Assembly: GCF_001997385.1 (NCBI RefSeq)
Contig: NZ_CP019633.1
Location: forward strand, 1,560,001 to 1,592,000
Source of the DNA: Sedimentisphaera cyanobacteriorum
Lineage (GTDB): Bacteria > Planctomycetota > Phycisphaerae > Sedimentisphaerales > Sedimentisphaeraceae
Direction: 5' to 3'
Length of the DNA: 32,000 bases
The notes beneath the pieces were generated by a model. That model had not been told where the DNA came from. It made no database searches and worked only from the letters and a program-made list of their open reading frames with translations. The translations under genes and the position numbers were made by a program. Below, piece after piece: positions 17,223 to 26,024 of this stretch (position 1 is the stretch's first letter; each line of letters starts with the position of its first letter).

Positions 17223-18565
17223 TTAAAATTCCATTTCGCTCTCGAGGAATCCAGTATCAATTTGGTTGTTCCTGTATGAGGGGTGATCAATTATCTGGAG
17301 CGAAGCAGGTATTGTAGTTTTGATCGGAGCTATACGGAATTCCTGCAAGGCGCGTTTCATAGTAGCAAGAGCCGTTTCCCTGTCGGGCTGGTGAACGAGC
17401 AGCTTTGCAATCATAGAATCATAATTCGGCGAGATAAAATCCCCCTGCTTGAGGAAAGTTTCCACACGTACGCCAAAACCGCCCGGCACAAAAAACTCAT
17501 CTATAGGCCCGGGGCTGGGGCGAAATTCATCTGGGGATTCTCAGCGTTTATCCTGCACTCTATCGCGCATCCCTCAAGCTTTATATCATCCTGAGATACC
17601 GGCAGGGGCAGTCCCGCTGCCACAAGTATCTGATGCTTGATAAGGTCTTGGCCCGTAACAAGCTCAGAAACAGGGTGCTCAACCTGTATCCTGGTATTAA
17701 CTTCAATAAAGTAGAAGTTGTTATCCTTGTCGAGGAGGAATTCAATTGTAGCAGCGTTGTGGTAGTTCGCCTCTTTCAGCAGTCTCTTTGCGGCTTCGCA
17801 GAGCTTTTCCCTTGTTTCAGGCTTAATCACCGGACATGGAGCTTCTTCGATTAGCTTCTGATGCCTTCTCTGGACAGAGCAGTCTCGTTCGTAGAAGTGA
17901 ACCACATTTCCGTAAGTATCCGCCAATGCCTGCACCTCAACGTGCCTGGGGCGTTCGATGAACTTCTCTATGTAAACCTCATCATTCTTGAAGGCAATCT
18001 CCGCCTCGCTTTTTGCAGCAGTAAGGGCATTTTTCAGGTTCAGGTCGTTGTGAACAACCCTCATTCCCCTGCCGCCTCCGCCTGCGGAAGCCTTTACTAT
18101 AACTGGAAATCCAATCTCTTTTGCAAGCTCGAAAGCCTGAGCCTCAGATTCAATCGCCCCATCAGAGCCCGGAACAACGGGCACATCGGCCTTCAAGGCA
18201 ATCTCTCTTGCCTTTACCTTATCCCCAAGCTGCTTCATAGATTCCGGCGATGGGCCGATAAATGTAATCCCGCAGTCTGCGCATATCTCGGCAAACTCCG
18301 CATTCTCTGCAAGAAATCCGTAGCCGGGATGAATCGCATCAACATCTGTTATTTCCGCTGCGCTTATAATAGCCTGCACATTCAGATAGCTTTTAGCAGG
18401 CTGGGCAGGACCGATACAAACTGCATGGTCTGCGAACTTAACATAGGAGGCGTTTCTATCCGCCTCTGAAAACACTGCTACAGATTCTATACCAAGCTCT
18501 TTACAGGCACGAATTACCCGAAGGGCAACCTCGCCCCTGTTTGCAATCAAAATTCTTGAAAACAT
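17223..18565 (-). pseudogene. accC: Acetyl-CoA carboxylase biotin carboxylase (accC), split into 354-aa and 88-aa ORFs by a 1-nt frameshift
   Basis: The N-terminal fragment [26 protein letters not shown]...[14 protein letters not shown]...CRINAENP then leaves the homologous frame. The homologous sequence continues in the -1 frame as [25 protein letters not shown]...DSMIAKL. The shift maps to the C4 run (G4 on the + strand, 17533-17536). Confidence 0.9.
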
Positions 18566-18579
18566 ATCGAAAGCCCTTC

Positions 18580-19089
18580 TTAGTCGGGTTTAACCTTAAA
18601 CAGCTCCTGTCCGTACTCAACTGATTCGCCGTTGGATACAAGAACCTTTTCTATAACCCCGGAGGTTTCCGCCTTGATTTCATTCATCACTTTCATCGCC
18701 TCAACGATGCAAACCACAGTTTCGGGGGTTACCCTGTCGCCAACCTTAACAAATGGTTCGGCATCCGGACTCGCCGCTGTGTAGAAAGTTCCCACAATCG
18801 GGCTGGAAACAGCATCCATACCGGCATCGTCCTGCTGAGAGCTTCCGAGATTTGCCTGCTCCTGCTGGGCAGGTGCCTGAGGCTGGGCAGACTGGGGCTG
18901 CTGCGGGGCAGTATTCACAAACTGAGGCGGCATTTGCTGCACAATCCTTTCAGACTGCGGTTCCGGCCTGCGCAAATGAATTGTTTTTTCTTCGTCTTTT
19001 ACTTTTATCTCTACAAGCTCGTTTGTTTTCATCATTTTCACGAGCTCCCTAACGACCTTTACATCGTCTCTGTTAATTTTCTCTGACAT
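18580..19089 (-). CDS. accB: Biotin carboxyl carrier protein of acetyl-CoA carboxylase
   Basis: C-terminal biotinyl domain [26 protein letters not shown]...[15 protein letters not shown] with the biotinylation Lys in EAMKV, plus a Pro/Gln/Ala-rich linker. I prefer ATG 19089 because the ORF-track TTG 19140 lies between the -35 and -10 of the predicted promoter. Confidence 0.9.
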   Translation of the reverse strand: MSEKINRDDVKVVRELVKMMKTNELVEIKVKDEEKTIHLRRPEPQSERIVQQMPPQFVNTAPQQPQSAQPQAPAQQEQANLGSSQQDDAGMDAVSSPIVGTFYTAASPDAEPFVKVGDRVTPETVVCIVEAMKVMNEIKAETSGVIEKVLVSNGESVEYGQELFKVKPD

Positions 19090-19129
19090 AATAAAGCCTT
19101 TCAATTTTAACGAGGTAAACCGTTGCGGA

Positions 19130-19157
19130 ATTATAGCCAAATATTAAGTTCGTTCAA
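19130..19157 (-). promoter_or_regulatory. Putative sigma70-type promoter of accB-accC
   Basis: Minus strand TTGAAC-N16-TATAAT, with the -10 about 41 nt upstream of ATG 19089. Confidence 0.45.
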
Positions 19158-19257
19158 ACAAAATCAATACAAGCAGCTATACGGCTGTTAATTTAATCCT
19201 CAGTGAAACAAAAAATTAAAAATCGGCAAATCTTCAGGCCAAATGAGCCTTTAATTA

Positions 19258-19285
19258 TTGAAATAACTCTCTTCTTACGGATAAT
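19258..19285 (+). promoter_or_regulatory. Putative sigma70-type promoter of hldD
   Basis: TTGAAA-N16-GATAAT, about 35 nt upstream of ATG 19320. It is divergent from the accB promoter. Confidence 0.4.
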
Positions 19286-19319
19286 AAAACGACAATTGTC
19301 TTTCTAAGAGGAATTGAAA

Positions 19320-20300
19320 ATGATAGCAGTAACAGGCGCCGCAGGATTTATAGGTTCCTGCCTTATAGCAGAGCTCAACAGACGGGGCGTTGAGGACATT
19401 TTAGCTATAGATGAATTGGGCTGTGATGAAAAATGGAAAAATCTCAGGCAACTCAAAATAAAAGATTATATAGAAAAGGACGATTTCTTAAGTCTTATTC
19501 TTGATGATGATATTTCTTTACGGAAAAACATATCGGCTGTTTTGCATATGGGTGCTTGTTCCAGCACAACAGAAACCAACTGCTCCTATTTGATAAATAA
19601 CAATTTCAAATACAGCAAAATTCTTTGCAAATGGGCGATAGAAAATGCTGTCCGTTTTGTATATGCCTCCAGCGCTGCCACTTACGGCAGCGGGGCAAGC
19701 GGTTTCAGCGATGAACACAGCCTGCTGAATTCCCTTGAGCCGCTGAATATGTACGGCTATTCTAAACACCTATTTGATAAGTGGGCTCTTGCCGGAGGAG
19801 CACTGAACTTTATAGCAGGATTTAAATACTTTAATGTATTCGGCCCAAACGAATACCATAAGGGCTCTATGAGAAGCTTTGTTTTGAAGGCCTATGAGCA
19901 GATAAGGGATACCGGCAAGGTTCGGCTTTTCAAAAGCGAAAGCCCCGATTACGGCCACGGCGAGCAGCTTAGAGACTTCGTTTACGTAAAAGACGTAACT
20001 GCTATGACACTTTTCGCACTGGAACGCAGGAACGTAAACGGGATATTCAATGCAGGCACTGGGGAGGCAAAGAGCTGGAACAGGCTAGCCAAGGCGGTGT
20101 TTTCCGCAATGAACAAAGAGCCAGAAATTGAATACATTGATATGCCGGATCATCTAAAAGGCAAATATCAGTATTATACTAAGGCTGATATGAGAAAACT
20201 CAGAAATGCCGGCTACAATAATGATACTGCCGAATTTGAAGAGGCTGTAAGAGACTGCGTACAAAATTACCTTCAGAAAGGGAACTATTATCACAGCTAA
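19320..20300 (+). CDS. hldD: ADP-L-glycero-D-manno-heptose 6-epimerase
   Basis: MIAVTGAAGFIGS...HMGACSSTTE...FVYASSAATYG...NMYGYSKHLFD...FKYFNVFGPNEYHKGSMRS...RDFVYVKDV...GIFNAGTG is colinear with E. coli HldD/RfaD as I recall it. ATG 19320 is preceded by aagagga. Confidence 0.9.
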   Translation: MIAVTGAAGFIGSCLIAELNRRGVEDILAIDELGCDEKWKNLRQLKIKDYIEKDDFLSLILDDDISLRKNISAVLHMGACSSTTETNCSYLINNNFKYSKILCKWAIENAVRFVYASSAATYGSGASGFSDEHSLLNSLEPLNMYGYSKHLFDKWALAGGALNFIAGFKYFNVFGPNEYHKGSMRSFVLKAYEQIRDTGKVRLFKSESPDYGHGEQLRDFVYVKDVTAMTLFALERRNVNGIFNAGTGEAKSWNRLAKAVFSAMNKEPEIEYIDMPDHLKGKYQYYTKADMRKLRNAGYNNDTAEFEEAVRDCVQNYLQKGNYYHS

Positions 20301-20421
20301 AAAGAAAAAACAGCATCCATACACCAACGATGCAAAAAAATACCTCGCTAAAAGAGGCTATAAAACCGAAGAGCTGGGAACTAAAGAGCTTGAAGCAGTA
20401 TTAGACCACGTTCGAACGCAT

Positions 20422-20805
20422 TTGCAGGAAAAAATAGCCTTCTGGATTCTCGGCGTTTCAATTTTACTTCTGATTCCGATACTTTATTTCAGTCTTAATA
20501 TGATAGAGCACAGAGTAGCTTCGGTAAATACAGAAGACGCTCTGCTTTATATTACAGTAACTGATTCAAGTGAGGTAAGTTATCAGCCTCAGCAGATTCA
20601 GGCGATGTTAGGCTATTATACCAAAGAGTGTATTATGTTCGGCTTTTACTCCGGACTCGGGATTGCCTTTATACTTCTGCTCTTGGCCTCTATGCAAAGC
20701 AGGAGATCGAGGCGTAAATTCATAGAGGCACTGCTTCCGGAGAAAGAACAAGAAAATTCAGGAGGCAAATCTGAGCTCAGCAAAGAACAAGACGATAAAG
20801 CTTGA
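20422..20805 (+). CDS. Hypothetical two-TM membrane protein (start uncertain)
   Basis: 127 aa from TTG 20422, with two hydrophobic helices (IAFWILGVSILLLIPILYF; MFGFYSGLGIAFILLLLASM) and a charged tail. The frame is open upstream to 20251 without a canonical start (see finding). Confidence 0.45.
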   Translation: MQEKIAFWILGVSILLLIPILYFSLNMIEHRVASVNTEDALLYITVTDSSEVSYQPQQIQAMLGYYTKECIMFGFYSGLGIAFILLLLASMQSRRSRRKFIEALLPEKEQENSGGKSELSKEQDDKA

Positions 20806-20908
20806 AACGTGCGAACAGAAGGAGCTGTATAAGCGTGTTGAAACGCTCAGCAGACTCGCCGATGAAAATGAACTGAAAGGCAAGACATTTCATCAAAGCA
20901 TTTTTGAA

Positions 20909-21688
20909 GTGAGCAGATTTCTGCCTCAAGGATTTGTTGACCTTTTAATCGCAGACCCGCCCTACAATATGAGCAAAAGCTACAACGGAACAAGCTTTTC
21001 ACGGTGCTCAGAGAACGAGTATGAAGAATATACCGAAAGCTGGATAAGCTCGCTCAAGCATACGCTCAAGCCGAACGCATCTGTTTACATCTGCAGTGAA
21101 TGGCAGTGCTCAGGGGCAGTGCAGCGGGCTGCATCGAGGCATTTCAAGATTCAAAACAGAATCACATGGCAGAGAGAAAAGGGCCGCGGGGCAAAGATGA
21201 ACTGGAAAAACTCAAGCGAGGACATCTGGTTTTGTACGGCAGGTGCTGATTATACCTTCAATATTGAGAAAGTGAAGCAGAAGAAAAAGGTAATCGCACC
21301 TTACAGGGATAAACTCGGCGAGCCTAAAGACTGGCAGAAAGAAGGAAAAGGTGCATTCCGGCTCACGCACCCTTCCAATATCTGGTTTGATATTACTGTT
21401 CCATTTTGGAGCATGGCCGAGAATACCGGACATCCCACACAGAAGCCTGAAAAGCTGATTGCCAAGCTGATTCTTGCAAGCAGCAATGAAGGAGATTTTG
21501 TATTCGACCCGTTTCTCGGCAGCGGAACCACGAGCGTTGCCGCAAAGAAGCTGAGCAGAAATTTTGCAGGCGTTGAACGGGAAAAGTATTACTGCTGCCT
21601 CACTGAAAAAAGGCTTGAAAACACAAGGGAAAGCAAATCTATCCAAGGATATAAAGATGGATGTTTCTGGGACAGAAACTGCCTTTAA
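20909..21688 (+). CDS. Beta-class DNA methyltransferase (N6-adenine/N4-cytosine family, DPPY type); N-terminus probably longer than called
   Basis: Motif IV LLIADPPYN precedes motif I VFDPFLGSGTTSVAAKKL (beta order); HPTQKPEKL block. GTG 20909 cuts into the conserved region preceding DPPY, and the frame is open upstream to 20726. Confidence 0.85.
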   Translation: MSRFLPQGFVDLLIADPPYNMSKSYNGTSFSRCSENEYEEYTESWISSLKHTLKPNASVYICSEWQCSGAVQRAASRHFKIQNRITWQREKGRGAKMNWKNSSEDIWFCTAGADYTFNIEKVKQKKKVIAPYRDKLGEPKDWQKEGKGAFRLTHPSNIWFDITVPFWSMAENTGHPTQKPEKLIAKLILASSNEGDFVFDPFLGSGTTSVAAKKLSRNFAGVEREKYYCCLTEKRLENTRESKSIQGYKDGCFWDRNCL

Positions 21689-21739
21689 ATATCCCCAATG
21701 TGATTAGAAAAATTACAGCCCGGCTGTGGAGTTTTTCAA

Positions 21740-21768
21740 TTGACCTTAAACACACTTTTTGTTCTAAT
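21740..21768 (+). promoter_or_regulatory. Putative sigma70-type promoter of the aminotransferase/GT-C/GT2/alr operon
   Basis: TTGACC-N17-TCTAAT, about 55 nt upstream of ATG 21824. The ORF-track TTG start at 21740 is this -35 hexamer. Confidence 0.4.
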
Positions 21769-21823
21769 GTTGCTCCGGCGTAATTTCAAAACAAAAAACT
21801 ATTTATCTAAAATTGGGGAACCG

Positions 21824-23011
21824 ATGGTAAAAGTAAGTCGAAGAGCGAAAGAAGTGCCGGCTTCAGCTACTATGGCTGTTGCATCAAGGGCTAAAGAGCT
21901 GAAGGCTCAAGGGGTAGATGTAGTCAGTTTCGGTGCAGGCGAGCCGGATTTTGACACACCGGAACATATTAAGCAGGCTGCTGTTAAGGCTTTGAAAGAC
22001 GGAAAAACAGGCTACACTCCAACGCCTGGAATTCCTGAGCTCAGAGAAGCTGTTGCAGATAAACTCAAAAGAGACAACGACCTCGAATACGAACCTACTC
22101 AGGTGATTATCAACGTAGGTGCGAAACATTCAATCTATTCAACAATGCAGGCAATTGTGGATCCAGGGGATGAGATTCTACTTCCTGCCCCGTACTGGGT
22201 AACTTACCCGGAGGCAATTAAACTTGCCGGCGGCAAGCCTGTAGCAATAGCAGGTCAAGAAGAAAATCAGCATAAGGTTAGTGCAGAGCAGATTAAGGCT
22301 GCAATAACAGATAAAACTGCCGCCCTTCTGCTGAACTCTCCAAACAACCCTGGCGGATTTACCTATACACCTGAAGAACTGCGGAAAATAGCCGAGGTTC
22401 TTGAAGGTACCGATATCACAGTAATCTCAGACGAGATATACGAAAAGCTTGTTTACGGCGACACAGAATTTATGAGCTTTGCTGCTGTAAGCAATGACGC
22501 ATTAGAAAGAACGGTAACCATCAACGGCTGGAGCAAGGCATACGCCATGACCGGCTGGCGGTTAGGCTTCACTGCCGGCCCGCAGGATATAATCTCGGCG
22601 ATGGGCAGAATTCAGTCTCATATGACGCAGAATCCTGTAAGCTTTGTTCAGTATGCAGGCATCGCAGCATTTGACTGCGCAGATGAAGTAGAGAAAATGC
22701 GAAGCGAATTCGAAAAAAGAGCAGAATACACCTACAACCGTCTTAACGGCATCTACGGTGTTCACTGCGACAGACCTACCGGAGCTTTCTACTGCTTCCC
22801 GGATGTAAGCAGCTTCTACGGCAAGAAAATCGGCGGGGAGATCATAAACGGAAGTATGGACTTTGCTAAAGGGCTCCTGGAGCAGGCTAACGTTGCGATG
22901 GTTCCGGGCGGGCCATTTGGATGCGATAAAAACATCAGGCTGAGCTTTGCCTGTTCAATGGAAAATATCGAAAAAGGAATAGACAGGCTTGAGCAATGGC
23001 TGACGAGCTGA
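21824..23011 (+). CDS. aspC: Class I pyridoxal-phosphate aminotransferase (aspartate aminotransferase-like)
   Basis: MVKVSRRAKEVPASATMAVASRAKELKAQGVDVVSFGAGEPDFDTP...LLNSPNNPGG...NGWSKAYAMTGWRLGF (PLP-Lys motif SKxxxMTGWRxG). ATG 21824 is preceded by ggggaa. Confidence 0.85.
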   Translation: MVKVSRRAKEVPASATMAVASRAKELKAQGVDVVSFGAGEPDFDTPEHIKQAAVKALKDGKTGYTPTPGIPELREAVADKLKRDNDLEYEPTQVIINVGAKHSIYSTMQAIVDPGDEILLPAPYWVTYPEAIKLAGGKPVAIAGQEENQHKVSAEQIKAAITDKTAALLLNSPNNPGGFTYTPEELRKIAEVLEGTDITVISDEIYEKLVYGDTEFMSFAAVSNDALERTVTINGWSKAYAMTGWRLGFTAGPQDIISAMGRIQSHMTQNPVSFVQYAGIAAFDCADEVEKMRSEFEKRAEYTYNRLNGIYGVHCDRPTGAFYCFPDVSSFYGKKIGGEIINGSMDFAKGLLEQANVAMVPGGPFGCDKNIRLSFACSMENIEKGIDRLEQWLTS

Positions 23012-25302
23012 AGGCGAACTCAAAACCCAGCAAGCATCAAATCGTAAGTATTTTAGTGTGGCTGGCTTTTTTTGTATATGCCGGCCACTGTTTTTCTCAT
23101 ATGGTTGCCGCAGGTGATACGTGGGTAGCAATGGCCTGCGGCAGGCATTTTTCGAACCACGGCGTTGATACTGTAGAGCCGTTCAGCGCTAACTCTCACT
23201 CTACAGGGCCTACCGAAGAAGACCTTGAGCCCTGGCCGGAATTTACCCACGATTTCCTGAAAGAATACCATCCAACAGGCTGGATAAATCAAAACTGGCT
23301 TACTCAGCTCATATTCTTTGAAATAGCCGGAGGCGAGGGCAGCAAAACAAACTACGACAGGCTGAACTACAACGCTATGGTTGTATGGAAGTTTATCATC
23401 TGCCTGCTTGTAATATGCAGCGTTTACTATAGCTCACGCCTTCTCGGGGCAGGAAAGATAAACGCAGCGTTTTTTGCAGCGGTTTCTGTATTTGTGGGCA
23501 GAAGCTTCTACGACATCCGACCTGCTGTATTTTCGAATATGCTTGTGCCGGTATTTATCCTGATTCTGCTTTTGAGCCAGCGGAAAAACAGACGGTTTAT
23601 ATGGCTGAGCGTCCCGCTTATTGTTTTCTGGGGCAATGTACACGGCGGATACCTTTACGCCTTCATTACGTTGTTTCTTTTCTGGGCAATCAACCTGATT
23701 GTCTGGAAGTTTAAGCCGCGATTCTGCAAGCTTTGCTCAGGCCAGCTTATAATCGACACAATGCTTGCAGGTGCTGCATCGTTTATAGCGATGGTAATCT
23801 TAAACCCCTACCACCTGACCAACCTCACCCATACGTTCATAATTACAGTCAGCGAGCATGCTTCAGAATGGAAAGATGTAAACGAATGGCACAGCGCTTT
23901 TGAGCTGAGCAATCCGGTGGGAACTTCGATTCCGTTTATCATAATGCTCGGGCTGGGCGGTGCGGCCCTGCTTGTCTGGGGAATAATCACTGTTGCCAAG
24001 ATAAAAAAGGCTGGCAGATTGCAAGCAAACAAAACGAAAAATATATCAGCAGATTCAGAGCCTCCCGGAAAGCCTCAAATTGACCCTGCTTATATCGCTA
24101 TAGTTTTATTCTCATTGTGGATGGCAGTAAGCTCGAGAAGATTTATTCCAATTGCATCTGCAGCCTTCTGCCCGCTTCTTGCTATGATAGCCCAGCAGGC
24201 CATAAACAAAATCTCAAATAACCTATCTGCAATGCCCGACAGGAAGCGCCTCTTAGAAAAAATATCAATAGCAGCATTTGCAGCTTTCGTGCTTATCCCG
24301 GGCGTGCTTTGGGCGGGCAAATTCAAGAAGGTTTATTTAGACCCATTCTGCCTCGACGATACGTACAACAGCATTTTTATGCGTATGACCGCTTCTTACG
24401 CCAAACCGTTTGAGGCATGTGAATTTATTCGGGAAAACAATCTATCCGGAAATATGCTCAACTACTGGACAGAAGGCGGCTTCATAGCATTTATGCAAAA
24501 CCCCGACCCCGAAACTGGCTTTATCCCGCTAAAGCTGTTTATGGACGGACGTGCTCAGGCGGCCTATGATATCGAGATGTTCAGAACTTATAAAAACGAA
24601 ATAATGAGCGGCGGGGAAGACTTCCGAAGAATTGCCCAAAAAGCAAGGCGCCAGAGAAAAAGGCTATCAAGCTTCAAAGAAGAGCTCAGAGAGGCCTCGA
24701 AGAAAATGGATGAAAGGCTCAACAGCAAAGAAGTATGGATATATCTGATGCCTTCAAATGCTGTTAAAAGCGGTTTTATGACCCTTATGCGGTACAACAG
24801 CGACTGGAAACCGGTTTATATCGACGGCAAGCAGTCTATATTTGTTGACACTGACACGGAAAAAGGGCTTGAGCTCTACAAGGGGCTTTTCAACGGCGAT
24901 ACCAAGTACCCTTCAGAACACATACGGAAAACCTCGCTCATTCATTATCTGATCGGTTCAAAGCCGGAAGAGGCGTACAGGCGGGCACGCAAACTCTACG
25001 AGAAATCCGAAGAACTTCTTGCAATGAAACTGCTCACAGATTCAGCAAGAACCAAAGAGCTAAAAGAGAAGGCGTATGAATACTGCAAAGCAGAGATATC
25101 CGATTTTGTGAAAGAGAAAGACCAGCTCCACAAGCAGGACGGGTATATAAATAAGTACAGCATTGCTGATATATGCCTGAAGTTTGTTATAAATAACAGC
25201 AAAGATTTTGCAAGCGACAAAAACAAGATCTCGGTTTACAAGTCTTACAGGGAGCAGCTCAAAGAAGAGACAGGGCGAATCAGGGAAGCAACTAAATGGT
25301 AA
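22996..25302 (+). CDS. Large polytopic membrane protein, GT-C-fold glycosyltransferase-like, with ~300-aa helical C-terminal soluble domain
   Basis: 768 aa with about 12 hydrophobic helices in the first ~450 aa. An acidic residue lies in the first loop (AAGDTWVAMACGRHF...EPFS), as in ArnT/PMT-type enzymes. It overlaps aspC by 16 nt and the following GT2 gene by 7 nt. The family assignment is an inference, not a recognised signature. Confidence 0.45.
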   Translation: MADELKANSKPSKHQIVSILVWLAFFVYAGHCFSHMVAAGDTWVAMACGRHFSNHGVDTVEPFSANSHSTGPTEEDLEPWPEFTHDFLKEYHPTGWINQNWLTQLIFFEIAGGEGSKTNYDRLNYNAMVVWKFIICLLVICSVYYSSRLLGAGKINAAFFAAVSVFVGRSFYDIRPAVFSNMLVPVFILILLLSQRKNRRFIWLSVPLIVFWGNVHGGYLYAFITLFLFWAINLIVWKFKPRFCKLCSGQLIIDTMLAGAASFIAMVILNPYHLTNLTHTFIITVSEHASEWKDVNEWHSAFELSNPVGTSIPFIIMLGLGGAALLVWGIITVAKIKKAGRLQANKTKNISADSEPPGKPQIDPAYIAIVLFSLWMAVSSRRFIPIASAAFCPLLAMIAQQAINKISNNLSAMPDRKRLLEKISIAAFAAFVLIPGVLWAGKFKKVYLDPFCLDDTYNSIFMRMTASYAKPFEACEFIRENNLSGNMLNYWTEGGFIAFMQNPDPETGFIPLKLFMDGRAQAAYDIEMFRTYKNEIMSGGEDFRRIAQKARRQRKRLSSFKEELREASKKMDERLNSKEVWIYLMPSNAVKSGFMTLMRYNSDWKPVYIDGKQSIFVDTDTEKGLELYKGLFNGDTKYPSEHIRKTSLIHYLIGSKPEEAYRRARKLYEKSEELLAMKLLTDSARTKELKEKAYEYCKAEISDFVKEKDQLHKQDGYINKYSIADICLKFVINNSKDFASDKNKISVYKSYREQLKEETGRIREATKW

Positions 25303-26024
25303 ACGAAGAAGCTCTTAAGCCGGCACTGAGTGTTTTCTTCCCGTGCTTCAATGAAGAGCAAAATCTGGGCGGACTCATTGAGGAAACGCTCAGCTTCCTG
25401 CCTGAAATAAGCGATAATTTTGAGATAATAGCAGTTGACGACGGCAGTACAGACAAAACAGCCCAAATCGCTCAAGAATACGCCCGAAAAGATTCAAGAG
25501 TGAGATTAGTGAGCCACGATTCCAACAAGGGATACGGAGAGGCTCTCAAAACCGGCTTCAGAGAAGCGAGTAAAGAGTATGTTTTCTACACAGACGGTGA
25601 TAAGCAGTTTTCGATTAAAGATTTGAGCAGGATTATCCCGCTTGCAGCAGGCGAAGATGCACCAGCGGATATCGTCTCCTGCTACCGTCAAAACCGTCAG
25701 GACAACATCTTCAGGAAACTCACCGGACATACTTGGAACATCCTTATGTGCCTGCTCTTCGGCTTTAAGCTCAAGGATATCGACTGCGCTTTTAAGCTTT
25801 ACCGCAGAGAAATATTTGATAATATTAAGCTCAAGAGCTCAGGAGCGCTTATAGACACTGAAATACTCGTGAGAGCCCGTAAGAAGGGGTTTAGGATTAC
25901 TCAGCTGCCGGTCAGACATTACCCGAGGGTTTACGGGGAGTCTTCCGGGGCCAAACCTGCTGTAGTTTTCAAAGCGTTTGCAGAGCTTTCAAAATTGTGG
26001 CTTGATATAGTGACGGATCACTAA
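25296..26024 (+). CDS. GT2 family polyprenyl-phosphate glycosyltransferase (Dpm1/GtrB/ArnC-like)
   Basis: 242 aa. LSVFFPCFNEEQNL...IIAVDDGSTDKT...NKGYGEALKTGF...YTDGDKQF...DIDCAFKLYRRE (GT2 DxD and catalytic blocks). Confidence 0.8.
   Translation: MVNEEALKPALSVFFPCFNEEQNLGGLIEETLSFLPEISDNFEIIAVDDGSTDKTAQIAQEYARKDSRVRLVSHDSNKGYGEALKTGFREASKEYVFYTDGDKQFSIKDLSRIIPLAAGEDAPADIVSCYRQNRQDNIFRKLTGHTWNILMCLLFGFKLKDIDCAFKLYRREIFDNIKLKSSGALIDTEILVRARKKGFRITQLPVRHYPRVYGESSGAKPAVVFKAFAELSKLWLDIVTDH

Noticed and set aside
17489-17540. Programmed ribosomal frameshifting in accC
   Set aside because: There is no recognisable slippery heptamer or downstream stimulatory structure. The shift sits in a simple C4 run and is fixed by a single-base addition, so a base-calling error is far more likely. 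This cannot be settled without reads.
17861-18469. 202-aa plus-strand ORF
   Set aside because: It is antisense to accC, whose biotin carboxylase homology is unambiguous.
20334-20340. A7 tract as a bona fide phase-variation switch (phasevarion-like, next to a methyltransferase)
   Set aside because: It is retained only as a low-probability alternative. The tract is short for slipped-strand switching, there is no RBS before ATG 20330, and two other genes show the same one-base-short homopolymer pattern, which favours assembly error.
21212-21646. 144-aa and 76-aa minus-strand ORFs as a possible restriction partner of the methyltransferase
   Set aside because: They lie entirely antisense within the methyltransferase coding frame and have no nuclease motif (PD-(D/E)xK, HNH and similar).
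21700-21735. Terminator after the methyltransferase (acagc-ccg-gctgt followed by ggagTTTTT)
   Set aside because: The stem is only 5 bp with a 3-nt loop and a spacer before a short T-run, which is too weak to call.
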